64,000 nt of DNA, from the NCBI GenBank assembly GCA_944386555.1, contig CALXBN010000061.1, positions 15,255-79,254 on the forward strand, read 5' to 3'. The position numbers and the translations under genes were made by a program. Source of the stretch: an uncultured Ruthenibacterium sp. (GTDB lineage Bacteria; Bacillota; Clostridia; Oscillospirales; Ruminococcaceae). This document shows, one piece after another, positions 55,481 through 64,000 of the stretch; within the stretch, counting starts at the first letter, position 1, and each line of letters opens with the position of its first letter. The notes under the pieces were generated by a model. It did not search any database, was not told where the DNA came from, and was given only the letters and a program-made list of their open reading frames with translations.

Positions 55481-56520
55481 AAGGGACAATCATTGACCGC
55501 AAATGGGTAGTGGAATGGTTCGACGAGCGCCAGTGCTACCATATGCCCAGCCTGACCATGGCCCCCAACGGCAACCTGGTGGCCGTTTGGAACGGCGGCT
55601 TTTTGCAGTGGAACGGCGACCCCATGGGCCGGGACGCCAAGGACTGGGTCTCCGTGCTGGCGCCGGGCGCCGGTGCCTGGAGCAGCCCCGACGCCGTGGG
55701 CTGCGATATCCGCTATTGCTGCCACGACCCCGTGTTCATCAAAAACAGAAAGGGCGAAATCATCCTGCTGTTTGCAAAATTCCTGGACACCGAGGTGAAC
55801 TTCGCCACCTGGTGCAACGGCAGGGACGAGCTGTGGCAGCGCAAAAGCTGCGACGGCGGCGTCACCTGGCAGCCGGCGCGGCCCGCGGGCATCCAAAGCG
55901 GCCACGCCAGCAACGACAGCGTGCTGCTGGCCGACGGCACCATCGTGCTGGCTTCCACCTCCAGCGAGCTGCCGGACAAGTACTTCGGCGCGGTGCGCAT
56001 CTATATCTCCCGCGACGACGGCGAAACCTGGGAAAAAGGCCCCATCCTGGCGGCAGACGACGGCAACCTGATCCGCGAACCGGCGCTGTGCCTGCGCCCG
56101 GACGGGGTGATCCGCCTGTTCACCCGCACCTGCCCGGGCAGCACGGGCTGGGGCGCGGGCATCGGCGCCCTTCCCAGCTACACCGCCGAAAGCCGCGACG
56201 GCGGGCGCACCTGGACCCAGCCGCGCCCGGCGGGCATTTTGAACAACGAATCCAAGATTGATGTGATCAGCTGGGACGAGCGCACCATCCTGATGGCTTA
56301 CAACGATACGCCCGTGTCCGACTGGCACGAGCGCAGCCCGCTGACCCTGGCCGCCAGCACCGACGAGGGGCGCACCTGGCACAATGTGCTGGAGCTGGCC
56401 CCCGCGCCGGGCAACAAATGCCAGCCCGCCATGTGCAAGGGCCCCGACGGCAACCTGCACGTCATCTATATGCACCGCCACACCGCCATCGAGCATCTGG
56501 TGGTGAAGCTGGAGGACTGA
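55477..56520 (+). CDS. BNR_2 / exo-alpha-sialidase-like beta-propeller protein
   Basis: Asp-boxes SCDGGVTW, SRDDGETW, SRDGGRTW and STDEGRTW; RSPLT; YHMP in place of FRIP. Confidence 0.78.
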   Translation: MKGTIIDRKWVVEWFDERQCYHMPSLTMAPNGNLVAVWNGGFLQWNGDPMGRDAKDWVSVLAPGAGAWSSPDAVGCDIRYCCHDPVFIKNRKGEIILLFAKFLDTEVNFATWCNGRDELWQRKSCDGGVTWQPARPAGIQSGHASNDSVLLADGTIVLASTSSELPDKYFGAVRIYISRDDGETWEKGPILAADDGNLIREPALCLRPDGVIRLFTRTCPGSTGWGAGIGALPSYTAESRDGGRTWTQPRPAGILNNESKIDVISWDERTILMAYNDTPVSDWHERSPLTLAASTDEGRTWHNVLELAPAPGNKCQPAMCKGPDGNLHVIYMHRHTAIEHLVVKLED

Positions 56521-56583
56521 GCCGGGCGTCCGGCAAAGGCCCGGTGCGGGCGCGGCTTGAAGCTGCCGCCGCAAATACTGCGC

Positions 56584-56620
56584 AAAAAAAGGGGGCTTTT
56601 CTGAAAAGCCCCCTTTTTGC
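56584..56620. repeat. Palindrome copy 2, probably also a bidirectional terminator
   Basis: AAAAAGGGGGCTTTTC-T-GAAAAGCCCCCTTTTT. Confidence 0.6.
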
Positions 56621-56662
56621 GTTGGCCCCGCGCAGGCTGCAGGCGCATCCGCCGGGCGGGTT

Positions 56663-57553
56663 TTACCGGCGGCCGGCCACACAGCCGCCGTCGCACAGGA
56701 TGTCGGTGCCGGTGAGGTAGCCAATCTCCGGGCTGCACACGGCAGCGAACAGCGCGGCGATTTCCTCCGGCCGCCCCGGCCGGGGGATGGCGTTGTATGA
56801 CAGGTAGGCCCCGGCCTCGTCCTTTTCCAGCTGGCCCATGGGCGTTTCGAACGTGCCCGGCGTCACCGACAGCACCCGCACGCCCCGCGCGCCGAAGCGG
56901 GCGGCCTCGTGCCGGGCGTACCAGATGACGAAATATTTGCTGATGGCATAGGCCGCGCCGGGGCGCGCGCTTTTGGGCAGCAGGTTCACCCGTGCCATCA
57001 TTTTTTTCAGAAAGGCCGCCCGGTCGGTGCCCGCCAGGCGGAAGGCCTTTTGGGGCATGATGAATTTCGGCGCCAGATAAGCCGACATGGAGGACGTATC
57101 CACCAGGCAGCCGCCCGGGGCGATCACCGGGCAGAAGGCGTCGTGGATGTGCACCGTGCCCAGGGCGTTGCCCCGCACAATGGCCTCGGCGCCGCCCATG
57201 TGGGGGCTCATGCCGGCGATGTGCAGCACCGCCTGCACCGTGCCGCGGCCCGCGGCGAAATCCGCCAGGCGCTGCACGCTGGCCCAGTCGGCCACGTCGC
57301 AGGGGAAGGCCTCGGCCCGGCCGCCCCCTTCGGCCAGGGCCTGTACGGCGTCGGCCAGCTTCTCCGGGCGGCGGGCGGCCAGCACCAGGCGCCAGCCGTT
57401 TTGGGCCATCCGGCGCGCCGTGGCCAGGCCCATGCCGCTGCTGCCGCCGGTGATCACGCACACCGGCTTTTCTCCTTGAGTTCCGCTGCGTTCCCCGCCG
57501 CCGGGTTCCGGCGCCTGGGCCCCGGCGGCGGGCGCGCTGTTTTTCGGTTCCAT
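56663..57553 (-). CDS. Short-chain dehydrogenase/reductase
   Basis: ITGGSSGMG, HIAG, YAISK, SVTPG, DILCDGG. Confidence 0.9.
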   Translation of the reverse strand: MEPKNSAPAAGAQAPEPGGGERSGTQGEKPVCVITGGSSGMGLATARRMAQNGWRLVLAARRPEKLADAVQALAEGGGRAEAFPCDVADWASVQRLADFAAGRGTVQAVLHIAGMSPHMGGAEAIVRGNALGTVHIHDAFCPVIAPGGCLVDTSSMSAYLAPKFIMPQKAFRLAGTDRAAFLKKMMARVNLLPKSARPGAAYAISKYFVIWYARHEAARFGARGVRVLSVTPGTFETPMGQLEKDEAGAYLSYNAIPRPGRPEEIAALFAAVCSPEIGYLTGTDILCDGGCVAGRR

Positions 57554-57586
57554 GGTCACTGCTCCCTTGTCTGTTGGCCGGCCGGC

Positions 57587-58672
57587 TTACGCCCCGGCGG
57601 CAATTTTGCCCGTCTGGCGCAGCCAGGCGATCTCGTCGTGCAGGGTCTCGCGGTAGCTGCGGGTGCGGTAGCCCAGCTCCCGGCGGGCTTTGGAGGAATC
57701 GAAGTCGTTGTTGCGGGCCAGGTTGTAGATGGAGAAGGTGGTCAGCAGGGGCTTTTTGCCGCTTTTTTTTGCCTGGCGCTCGGCGATGCCGGCCACCGCG
57801 CCGGCCAGGCTGCAGGGCAAAAACAGCCCCGGGGCCCTGCAGCCGGATTCCTCGGCCACCAGACGGGCGAAATCTTTGAAGCGCACGGCCTGATTGCCCA
57901 GGATGTAGCACTCGCCCCGGCGCCCCCGCTCCACGGCGGCGATGCAGCCGGCGGCCAGGTCCCGCACGTCGCACAAATTGAAGGTGCCGTCGATGCCCAG
58001 GGGCATCTGGCCGTTGATTATTTGGATCATGGTGCGGGTGGTCTCGCCCACGGCGTAATCTTCAGGGCCCATAATGCCCGAAGGGTGCACCACGCAGGCG
58101 TTCAGGCCGCGCCCGTGCACGGCGTCCAGCACCGCCTGGGTGGCCAGGGCTTTGCTTTGGCTGTAGCAGCCGCGCACGTGTTCGGGGTCGCGCTCGGGGT
58201 CAAAATGATCCACCTCGGTGATGGGCCGGCCTTTGGGCAGTTCGGGGATGGCACCGGTGGAGCTGACGTACACCAGCTTTGAAAACCCCGGGGCTTCCAG
58301 GCAGCAGTCGATCAGGTTTTTCGTGCCGCCCACGTTCACGTCCATCACCTTCCGGCTGTAGCCCGGGTCCACGGTGACGATGGACGCGCAGTGGATGACG
58401 TTCAGCTTTGTGCCGGGTGCGGCCTCAAAAAAGCGGTGCAGGGAGGAAAGGTCGGTCAGGTCTCCCTCGCAGATTTCGGCCCCGGCGGGCAGGTACTGCC
58501 CGGCCTTGTCGCCGGGCAGCACAAAGGCCCGCACCCGGCGGCCCAGGGCCACCAGCCGGCGGCACACGGTGCCCCCCAGGAACCCGGCGGCGCCCGTCAC
58601 CAGGTACAGGGTGCTGCCGCTATCTTCGGCGGCAGGGGTTTCGGCGGTGGGAATGGTTTGTTCGCGGTTCAT
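57587..58672 (-). CDS. NAD-dependent epimerase/dehydratase (extended SDR, dihydroflavonol-reductase-like)
   Basis: LVTGAAGFLG, HCAS, YVSS, YSQSK, HPSGIMGP, DVRD. Confidence 0.9.
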   Translation of the reverse strand: MNREQTIPTAETPAAEDSGSTLYLVTGAAGFLGGTVCRRLVALGRRVRAFVLPGDKAGQYLPAGAEICEGDLTDLSSLHRFFEAAPGTKLNVIHCASIVTVDPGYSRKVMDVNVGGTKNLIDCCLEAPGFSKLVYVSSTGAIPELPKGRPITEVDHFDPERDPEHVRGCYSQSKALATQAVLDAVHGRGLNACVVHPSGIMGPEDYAVGETTRTMIQIINGQMPLGIDGTFNLCDVRDLAAGCIAAVERGRRGECYILGNQAVRFKDFARLVAEESGCRAPGLFLPCSLAGAVAGIAERQAKKSGKKPLLTTFSIYNLARNNDFDSSKARRELGYRTRSYRETLHDEIAWLRQTGKIAAGA

Positions 58673-58758
58673 ATGGGTTTCCTCCTGTTGGCTGTGGGCT
58701 GGTTGGGGATATGGCCGCCGGGGCGGCTTCGTTCAACGGTGCCCATTGTAGGGCATCC

Positions 58759-58778
58759 GGGTCAACACAGGGTCAACA
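58759..58778. promoter_or_regulatory. Direct repeat GGGTCAACA x2 (11 nt period), candidate response-regulator site
   Basis: Copies at 58759-58767 and 58770-58778 in the divergent intergenic region. Confidence 0.5.
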
Positions 58779-58871
58779 GGGGCGTTTATCTTTTGTTGAT
58801 TTTCTGGTAATATGATTCTGATAAAGAAGAGGCCGGCCCCGCCGCCCGGCGGGACAGAGAGGAGATGCGCC

Positions 58872-59570
58872 ATGTTCAAAATTCTGGTGGCGGAGGACGA
58901 CGCCAGTACCAACAGGCTGTTCTGCGCGCTGCTGCGCCGGGCCGGGTACGAGCCCGTCAGCGCCGTGGACGGCCAGGACGCCCTGGACAAGCTGGACCGG
59001 TACCAGGTGGACCTGCTTTTGTGCGATGTGATGATGCCCCGCCTGGACGGCTTCGCCCTGACAAAGGCCATCCGGGAGGCGGGCAGCAGCCTGCCCATTC
59101 TGATGGTGACGGCCCGGGCCCTGCCCGAAGATAAGCACCGGGGCTTTCTGGTGGGCACCGACGACTACATCACAAAGCCCATCGACAACCAGGAGATGCT
59201 GCTGCGCATCAAGGCCCTGCTGCGCCGGGCCCGCATTGTGGACGAGCGGCGCATCACCCTGGGGGACGTGGTGCTGGACTACGACACCCGCTCCGTGCGC
59301 CGGGGCCACGAGGCGCTGGCCCTGCCGCCCAAGGAGTTCTGCCTTTTGTACAAGCTGCTGGCCTACCCCGAGCGCACCTTCACCCGCCTGCAGCTGCTGG
59401 ACGAAATATGGGGCCTGGATTCCGACAGCGACGAACACACGGTGAATGTGCACATCAACCGCCTGCGCACACGGTTCTGGGATTGGCCGGAGTTCGAAAT
59501 CCAGACGGTGCGGGGCCTGGGCTACCGGGCGGTGCGAAAGGCGGAGGACCATGCGCAGGAAACTGAATGA
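58872..59570 (+). CDS. OmpR-family response regulator
   Basis: ILVAEDD, LCDVMMP, DDYITKP, VNVHINRLR, TVRGLGY. Confidence 0.95.
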   Translation: MFKILVAEDDASTNRLFCALLRRAGYEPVSAVDGQDALDKLDRYQVDLLLCDVMMPRLDGFALTKAIREAGSSLPILMVTARALPEDKHRGFLVGTDDYITKPIDNQEMLLRIKALLRRARIVDERRITLGDVVLDYDTRSVRRGHEALALPPKEFCLLYKLLAYPERTFTRLQLLDEIWGLDSDSDEHTVNVHINRLRTRFWDWPEFEIQTVRGLGYRAVRKAEDHAQETE

Positions 59571-60651
59571 GCTGAAAAGCCTGCTGTTCACCGTGAATTT
59601 GACGGTGCTGCTGACGGTGAACCTGTTTTTGATCATTGCGGCGGTGCTGCTGGCGGCGGCGCTGGCGGTGTGGGCCGGCGACAGCCTGGGGCTGCTGGAG
59701 TGGGCGGCCTTTCTGCGGCCGGAGGCGGTGGCGGTACTGGTGTACATCATCGCCATTCTCATCGGCATCAGCATGGTGGTGATGATCCGCCTGGTGATCT
59801 TAAAGCCCGTGCGCAGTATGGTGGCCGCCATGGAGCGCCTGGCCGGCGGGGATTTTTCCGTGCGCATGGCCGTGGAGGGCTGGATGCGCCCGCTGGAACT
59901 GCGGGCCTTCGCCGCCGCTTTCAACGCCGCCGCCGCCGAGCTGGGCAGCACCGAGCTGCTGCGCAAGGACTTCATCAACAATTTCTCCCACGAATTCAAA
60001 ACCCCCATCACCGCACTGGGCGGCTTTGCCGACCTGCTGCTGGCCGACGAGGATATGCCCGCCGCCGAGCGGCGGGAGTATCTTTCCATCATCAGCGGCG
60101 AGAGCCGCCGCCTGGCAGACCTGGCCAACAGCGTGCTGGCCCTGTCCCGGGTGGAGGCCCAGGCCATCCTGACGGATGCCGCCCCCTTCGCCCTGGATGA
60201 ACAGCTGCGCCTGTGCGCCATGCAGGTGCAGCAGAAATGGGCCGGCCGCCGGACGGTGCACCTGGACGTGTGCCTGCCCGAGGGCGGCGCGCAGCCCTTC
60301 GTCGGCAGCCGGGACCTGCTGGCCCAGGTGTGGGTGAACCTGCTGGACAACGCGGTGAAGTTTTCGCCCCAGGGCGGTACGGTATCGGTGACGCTGCTGG
60401 ACAGCCCCGGGGAGGTGGCCGTCACCGTCACCGACCAGGGCCCTGGCATGGATGAACAGACCCGGGCCCACATGTTCGAGCAGTTTTACCAGGGCGATAC
60501 CAGCCGCAAAACCGAGGGCAACGGCCTGGGCCTGGCCCTGGTGCGGAAAATCACCGCCCTGCACGGCGGTGCCGTCACGGCGGCCAGCAGCCCGGGCCAC
60601 GGCAGCGCCTTTACCGTGCGCCTGCCCCGTGCCGGTGCGCCCGGCAAATAA
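59551..60651 (+). CDS. HAMP sensor histidine kinase
   Basis: Two TM segments, HAMP domain, FSHEFKTP H-box, NLLDNAVKF, DQGPG, GNGLGL. Confidence 0.95.
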   Translation: MRRKLNELKSLLFTVNLTVLLTVNLFLIIAAVLLAAALAVWAGDSLGLLEWAAFLRPEAVAVLVYIIAILIGISMVVMIRLVILKPVRSMVAAMERLAGGDFSVRMAVEGWMRPLELRAFAAAFNAAAAELGSTELLRKDFINNFSHEFKTPITALGGFADLLLADEDMPAAERREYLSIISGESRRLADLANSVLALSRVEAQAILTDAAPFALDEQLRLCAMQVQQKWAGRRTVHLDVCLPEGGAQPFVGSRDLLAQVWVNLLDNAVKFSPQGGTVSVTLLDSPGEVAVTVTDQGPGMDEQTRAHMFEQFYQGDTSRKTEGNGLGLALVRKITALHGGAVTAASSPGHGSAFTVRLPRAGAPGK

Positions 60652-60679
60652 GCAACGCCTCCCCCGCGAAAGGGCAGAG

Positions 60680-60729
60680 AAAACCGCCCCGCGGCGCACC
60701 GAACCACCGGTGCGCCGCGGGGCGGTTTT
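60680..60729. terminator. Bidirectional terminator (22 bp stem)
   Basis: AAAACCGCCCCGCGGCGCACCG / CGGTGCGCCGCGGGGCGGTTTT between convergent genes. Confidence 0.75.
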
Positions 60730-60766
60730 TCTTCTTTTCGGGCTGCCGGCGCCGGGGGCCGCGGCC

Positions 60767-61678
60767 TCACGGCCGGCCGGGCGGCTCCAGCACATAGCGC
60801 TCGATGGCCAGGGCCACGCCGTCATGGTCGTTGTCGGCGGTAAGGGCGTGGGCGGCGGCTTTGGCCTGAGCGGTGGCGTTGCCCATGGCTACGGACAGCC
60901 CCGCAGCCTGCAGCATGGGCAAATCGTTGGAGGAATCGCCGATGGCCATGGTCTGCGCCGGGGGGATGCCCAGCATTTTCGCCAGCAGCAGCAGGCCCTT
61001 GCCCTTGTTGATGCCCCGGGCGTTCACCTCCAGGTTGTTGGGAAGGCTGCTGGTCACCAGATACCGCCCGTCCGCTTCCAGCCGGGCCATGGCCTCCTGG
61101 CGCTGTTGCTCGCTTGTGAACAGAGCCGTCACTTTCTCGATGCCCGCGCCGCCGGCGCGCACGTAGGCCGGCAGGTCCGCCGTCACGGTGCGGCTGGCAC
61201 GAAAGTAGGGCACCATCTCCGGGCTGGCAAATTCCTCCAGCCTGGCGAAGCGGTCGGCCTGGGTGACGGCCAGGCCCCCGGTATACACATCCACCATGGC
61301 ATCGCAGGAAAGGCACAGCGCCGCTGCATCCAGGGCGGCGGCCCTGTCCAGATAGACCGCGTGCACCACCTGGCCGTCGGCCAGGCGCACAATGGCCGCG
61401 CCGTTGGCCGTAACGGCCCATGCCACACCGGGAACGGCGGTGAACTGGGCCGGCAGGCCCGCCAGGATGCGTCCGGTGACGGGCAGCACCTGGCAGCCGG
61501 CGGCGATGGCCCGGCGGATGGCCGCCAGGGTGGCCGGGGTGATGCGCTTTTCGCTGTTGAACACCGTGCCGTCCAAATCCAGCCCCAGCAGGCGGATGGG
61601 CGGGCGGCCCGCCTGCAGCCAGGGGCTTTCCGGGCGGACGTCCGCAAAATCCCGGGCCGGGGGCGCGCCGGCGCTCAC
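60767..61678 (-). CDS. Cof-type HAD-IIB hydrolase
   Basis: DLDGT, VTGR, ANGA, NKGKG, GDSSND, MGNA. Confidence 0.92.
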   Translation of the reverse strand: MSAGAPPARDFADVRPESPWLQAGRPPIRLLGLDLDGTVFNSEKRITPATLAAIRRAIAAGCQVLPVTGRILAGLPAQFTAVPGVAWAVTANGAAIVRLADGQVVHAVYLDRAAALDAAALCLSCDAMVDVYTGGLAVTQADRFARLEEFASPEMVPYFRASRTVTADLPAYVRAGGAGIEKVTALFTSEQQRQEAMARLEADGRYLVTSSLPNNLEVNARGINKGKGLLLLAKMLGIPPAQTMAIGDSSNDLPMLQAAGLSVAMGNATAQAKAAAHALTADNDHDGVALAIERYVLEPPGRP

Positions 61679-63279
61679 AGGCCGCGCTCCTTTTTCCAGG
61701 CCAGGAACTCCTCGAAGGAGCCGGCCCGGTCCAGGCAGCCGGGGCGGCCCAGGGGCAGCTCGATCACCCGGTTGGCGATCTCGTCGATGAACTGGTGGTC
61801 GTGGGAGGAGAACAGGATGTTCCCCCTGAAGGCCGCCAGCCCGTTGGACAGCGCCTGGATGCTCTCCATGTCCAGGTGGTTGGTGGGCTGGTCCAGCATC
61901 AGCACGTTGGCGTGGCCCATCATCATGCGGCTGAGCATGCAGCGCACCTTTTCGCCGCCGGACAGCACCGAGGCGGGCTTGTACACCTCGTCGCCGGAAA
62001 AGAGCATCCGCCCCAGAAAGCCCCGCAGGAAGGTCTCGGCGGGGTCGGGGCTGTACTGGCGCAGCCAGTCGATCAAATTGCCCTCAAAGCCTTCGAAGAA
62101 GGGGGCGTTGTCCTGGGGGAAATAGCTCTGGCTGGTGGAAACGCCCCATTTGAAGCTGCCCGCGTCGGGCTCCATTTCCCCGGCCAGAATTTTGAACAGG
62201 GCCGTCACGCCGGCCTCGTTCTCGCCGACAAAGGCGATCTTGTCGCCCTTGTTGGCGGTGAAGGTCACGTCGTCCAGCACTTTCACGCCGTCCACGGTTT
62301 TGCTCAGGCCCGTTACAAACAAAATGTCCTTGCCGGCCTCCCGCTCGGGCTCGAAGGCCACATAGGGGTAGCGCCGGGAGGAGGCGGGCATCTGCTCGAT
62401 CTGGATGGACTCCAGCACCTTCTTGCGGCTGGTGGCCTGGCGGGACTTGGATTTGTTGGCGGAGAAGCGCTGGATGAAGCTCTGCAGCTCCTTGATCTTC
62501 TCCTCTTTTTTCTTGTTCTGGTTGCGGATCAGCTGCTGCATCAGCCGGCTGGATTCGTACCAGAAATCGTAGTTGCCCGCGTACAGCTTCACCTGGTTGT
62601 AGTCGATATCCACGGTGTGGGTGCACACGGCGTTGAGGAAGTGGCGGTCATGGCTGACCACGATGATGGTGCCGTAGTAGTCCATCAAGAACTCCTCCAG
62701 CCAGGTGACGCTGTCGATGTCCAGGCCGTTGGTGGGCTCGTCCAGCAGGATGATGGACGGGTTGCCGAACAGGGCCTTGGCCAGCAGCACCTTTACCTTC
62801 TGCCGGCCGTCCAGGGCGCTCATGCGGGCGGTGTGCAGCGCCTCGGGCACCCCCAGGCCGTTCAGCAGGCGGGCGGCTTCGGCCTCGGCTTCCCAGCCGC
62901 CCAGTTCGGCAAATTCGGCCTCCAGGTCTCCGGCGCGCTGGCCGTCGGCCTCGGTGAAATCCTCCTTGGCGTACAGGGCGTCCTTTTCCTTCATCACGGC
63001 GTACAGCCGGGGGCTGCCCATGATCACCACATCCATCACGGGCTCGTCGCCGTACTTGTAGTGGTCCTGCTCCAGCACGCTCATGCGGTCGTCCGCACCT
63101 ATGGACACCGTGCCGGTGGTGGGTTCCAGCTGGCCGGAGAGGATGCGCAGCAACGTGGATTTACCCGCGCCGTTGGCCCCGATGATGCCGTAGCAGCAGC
63201 CGGGGTTGAACACCAGGTCCACATGCTGATACAGGGTGCTGCCCTGGAACTGCAGGCTGACATCGTTGACAGTTAGCAT
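61675..63279 (-). CDS. ABC-F family ATPase (YkpA/YbiT-like)
   Basis: GANGAGKST, LDGRQK, LDEPTNGLD, VSHDRHFL, inter-ABC linker, LSGGEK, DQPTNHLD; no TM segments. Confidence 0.92.
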   Translation of the reverse strand: MLTVNDVSLQFQGSTLYQHVDLVFNPGCCYGIIGANGAGKSTLLRILSGQLEPTTGTVSIGADDRMSVLEQDHYKYGDEPVMDVVIMGSPRLYAVMKEKDALYAKEDFTEADGQRAGDLEAEFAELGGWEAEAEAARLLNGLGVPEALHTARMSALDGRQKVKVLLAKALFGNPSIILLDEPTNGLDIDSVTWLEEFLMDYYGTIIVVSHDRHFLNAVCTHTVDIDYNQVKLYAGNYDFWYESSRLMQQLIRNQNKKKEEKIKELQSFIQRFSANKSKSRQATSRKKVLESIQIEQMPASSRRYPYVAFEPEREAGKDILFVTGLSKTVDGVKVLDDVTFTANKGDKIAFVGENEAGVTALFKILAGEMEPDAGSFKWGVSTSQSYFPQDNAPFFEGFEGNLIDWLRQYSPDPAETFLRGFLGRMLFSGDEVYKPASVLSGGEKVRCMLSRMMMGHANVLMLDQPTNHLDMESIQALSNGLAAFRGNILFSSHDHQFIDEIANRVIELPLGRPGCLDRAGSFEEFLAWKKERGL

Positions 63280-63472
63280 AAAAAACTCCTTTAAAATTCA
63301 TCATATTGCACAATTTGCTTCGGGGTATAGGATAGCAGAAAACGGGGGAAAAGTAAAGGCATGTGCGCCCGGCGGCCCCCCGCGGGCGCCCGGCCGGCCG
63401 GGCCCGGTTGAAAAGCGGGCGGCCATCATGTAAAATAGAACCATCTTTCGGCAAAGCGAGGTCTGCACAGCC

Positions 63473-64000
63473 ATGCCCCTGATCATCCCCAAAACCCTGC
63501 CCGCCTATAAAGCGCTGGAGGAGGAAAACGTCTTTGTAATGCACAAGGCCCGCGCCATGAGCCAGGATATCCGCCCGCTGCGGATCCTGCTGGTGAACCT
63601 GATGCCCACGAAGATCGCCACCGAGAACCAGATTGCCCGCATGCTGGCCAACACCCCCCTGCAGGTGGAGCTGAGCCTGCTGCACATGGGCACCCACGCC
63701 AGCACCCATGTGCCTGGGGCCCATCTGGCGGCTTTTTACAAAACCTTCGGCCAGATCGCCCATCGGCGCTTCGACGGCATGATCATCACCGGCGCGCCGG
63801 TGGAGATGATGGACTTCGAGCAGGTGGACTACTGGGACGAGCTGTGCCGCATCTTCGCCTATTCCAAAACCCATGTCTACTCCACCATGCATATCTGCTG
63901 GGGGGCCCAGGCGGGGCTGTACTATCACTACGGCATCCCCAAGCAGGTGATGCCCGCCAAGGTGTTCGGGGTATTCCCCCACAGGGTCACCCGGCCGCGC
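63473..64000 (+). CDS. metA: Homoserine O-acyltransferase (MetA family), partial; probably an acetyltransferase
   Basis: [43 protein letters not shown] (catalytic Cys); runs off the window. Confidence 0.93.
   Translation, partial: MPLIIPKTLPAYKALEEENVFVMHKARAMSQDIRPLRILLVNLMPTKIATENQIARMLANTPLQVELSLLHMGTHASTHVPGAHLAAFYKTFGQIAHRRFDGMIITGAPVEMMDFEQVDYWDELCRIFAYSKTHVYSTMHICWGAQAGLYYHYGIPKQVMPAKVFGVFPHRVTRPR

Noticed and set aside
48150-56520. Calling this a canonical nan (Neu5Ac) operon (nanA/nanH/nanS)
   Set aside because: No nanK, nanE, nagA or nagB in the locus; the propellers lack FRIP and the lyase motif is divergent, so gene symbols were withheld.
61675-63279. Antibiotic-resistance ABC-F (ARE) gene
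   Set aside because: Sequence and core-genome context fit the housekeeping YkpA/YbiT-like group; no leader peptide or mobile context was seen.

Overview
High-GC Bacillota chromosome segment; gene content and sigma-A promoter style suggest an Oscillospiraceae-like gut anaerobe (inference). (1) 1-~20,400 is the right part of a temperate siphovirus-type prophage on the minus strand, running from head genes, terminase and late activator through RusA, the replication module and the cro/cI switch to a large serine integrase whose last codons overlap a host tRNA-fMet (att site). The prophage carries three toxin-type cargoes: a minor capsid (MuF-like) protein fused to an Ntox50 toxin domain with a candidate immunity gene and an embedded promoter; a low-GC HicA-HicB-SecB-like tripartite toxin-antitoxin-chaperone (TAC) moron; and an orphan zeta-like P-loop kinase next to a candidate antisense small RNA. 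(2) 20.4-30.5 kb: tRNA-fMet, tRNA-Asn, M20 peptidase, MarR, Dpp/Opp ABC transporter and a DMT transporter. (3) 30.6-56.5 kb: a ~26 kb LacI-associated catabolic island for an unidentified, probably amino- and O-acetyl-substituted sugar acid, with an ABC importer, two non-canonical Asp-box propellers, a SASA esterase, an unclassified GH-like protein, three aldolase classes, two PLP aminotransferases, two Gfo/Idh/MocA dehydrogenases, an isomerase and two kinases. (4) 56.6-64 kb: SDR, NAD-dependent epimerase, OmpR-type two-component system, Cof HAD hydrolase, ABC-F protein and the start of metA. No CRISPR array, rRNA or IS transposase was seen. All protein assignments come from motif recognition by eye; no searches were run.
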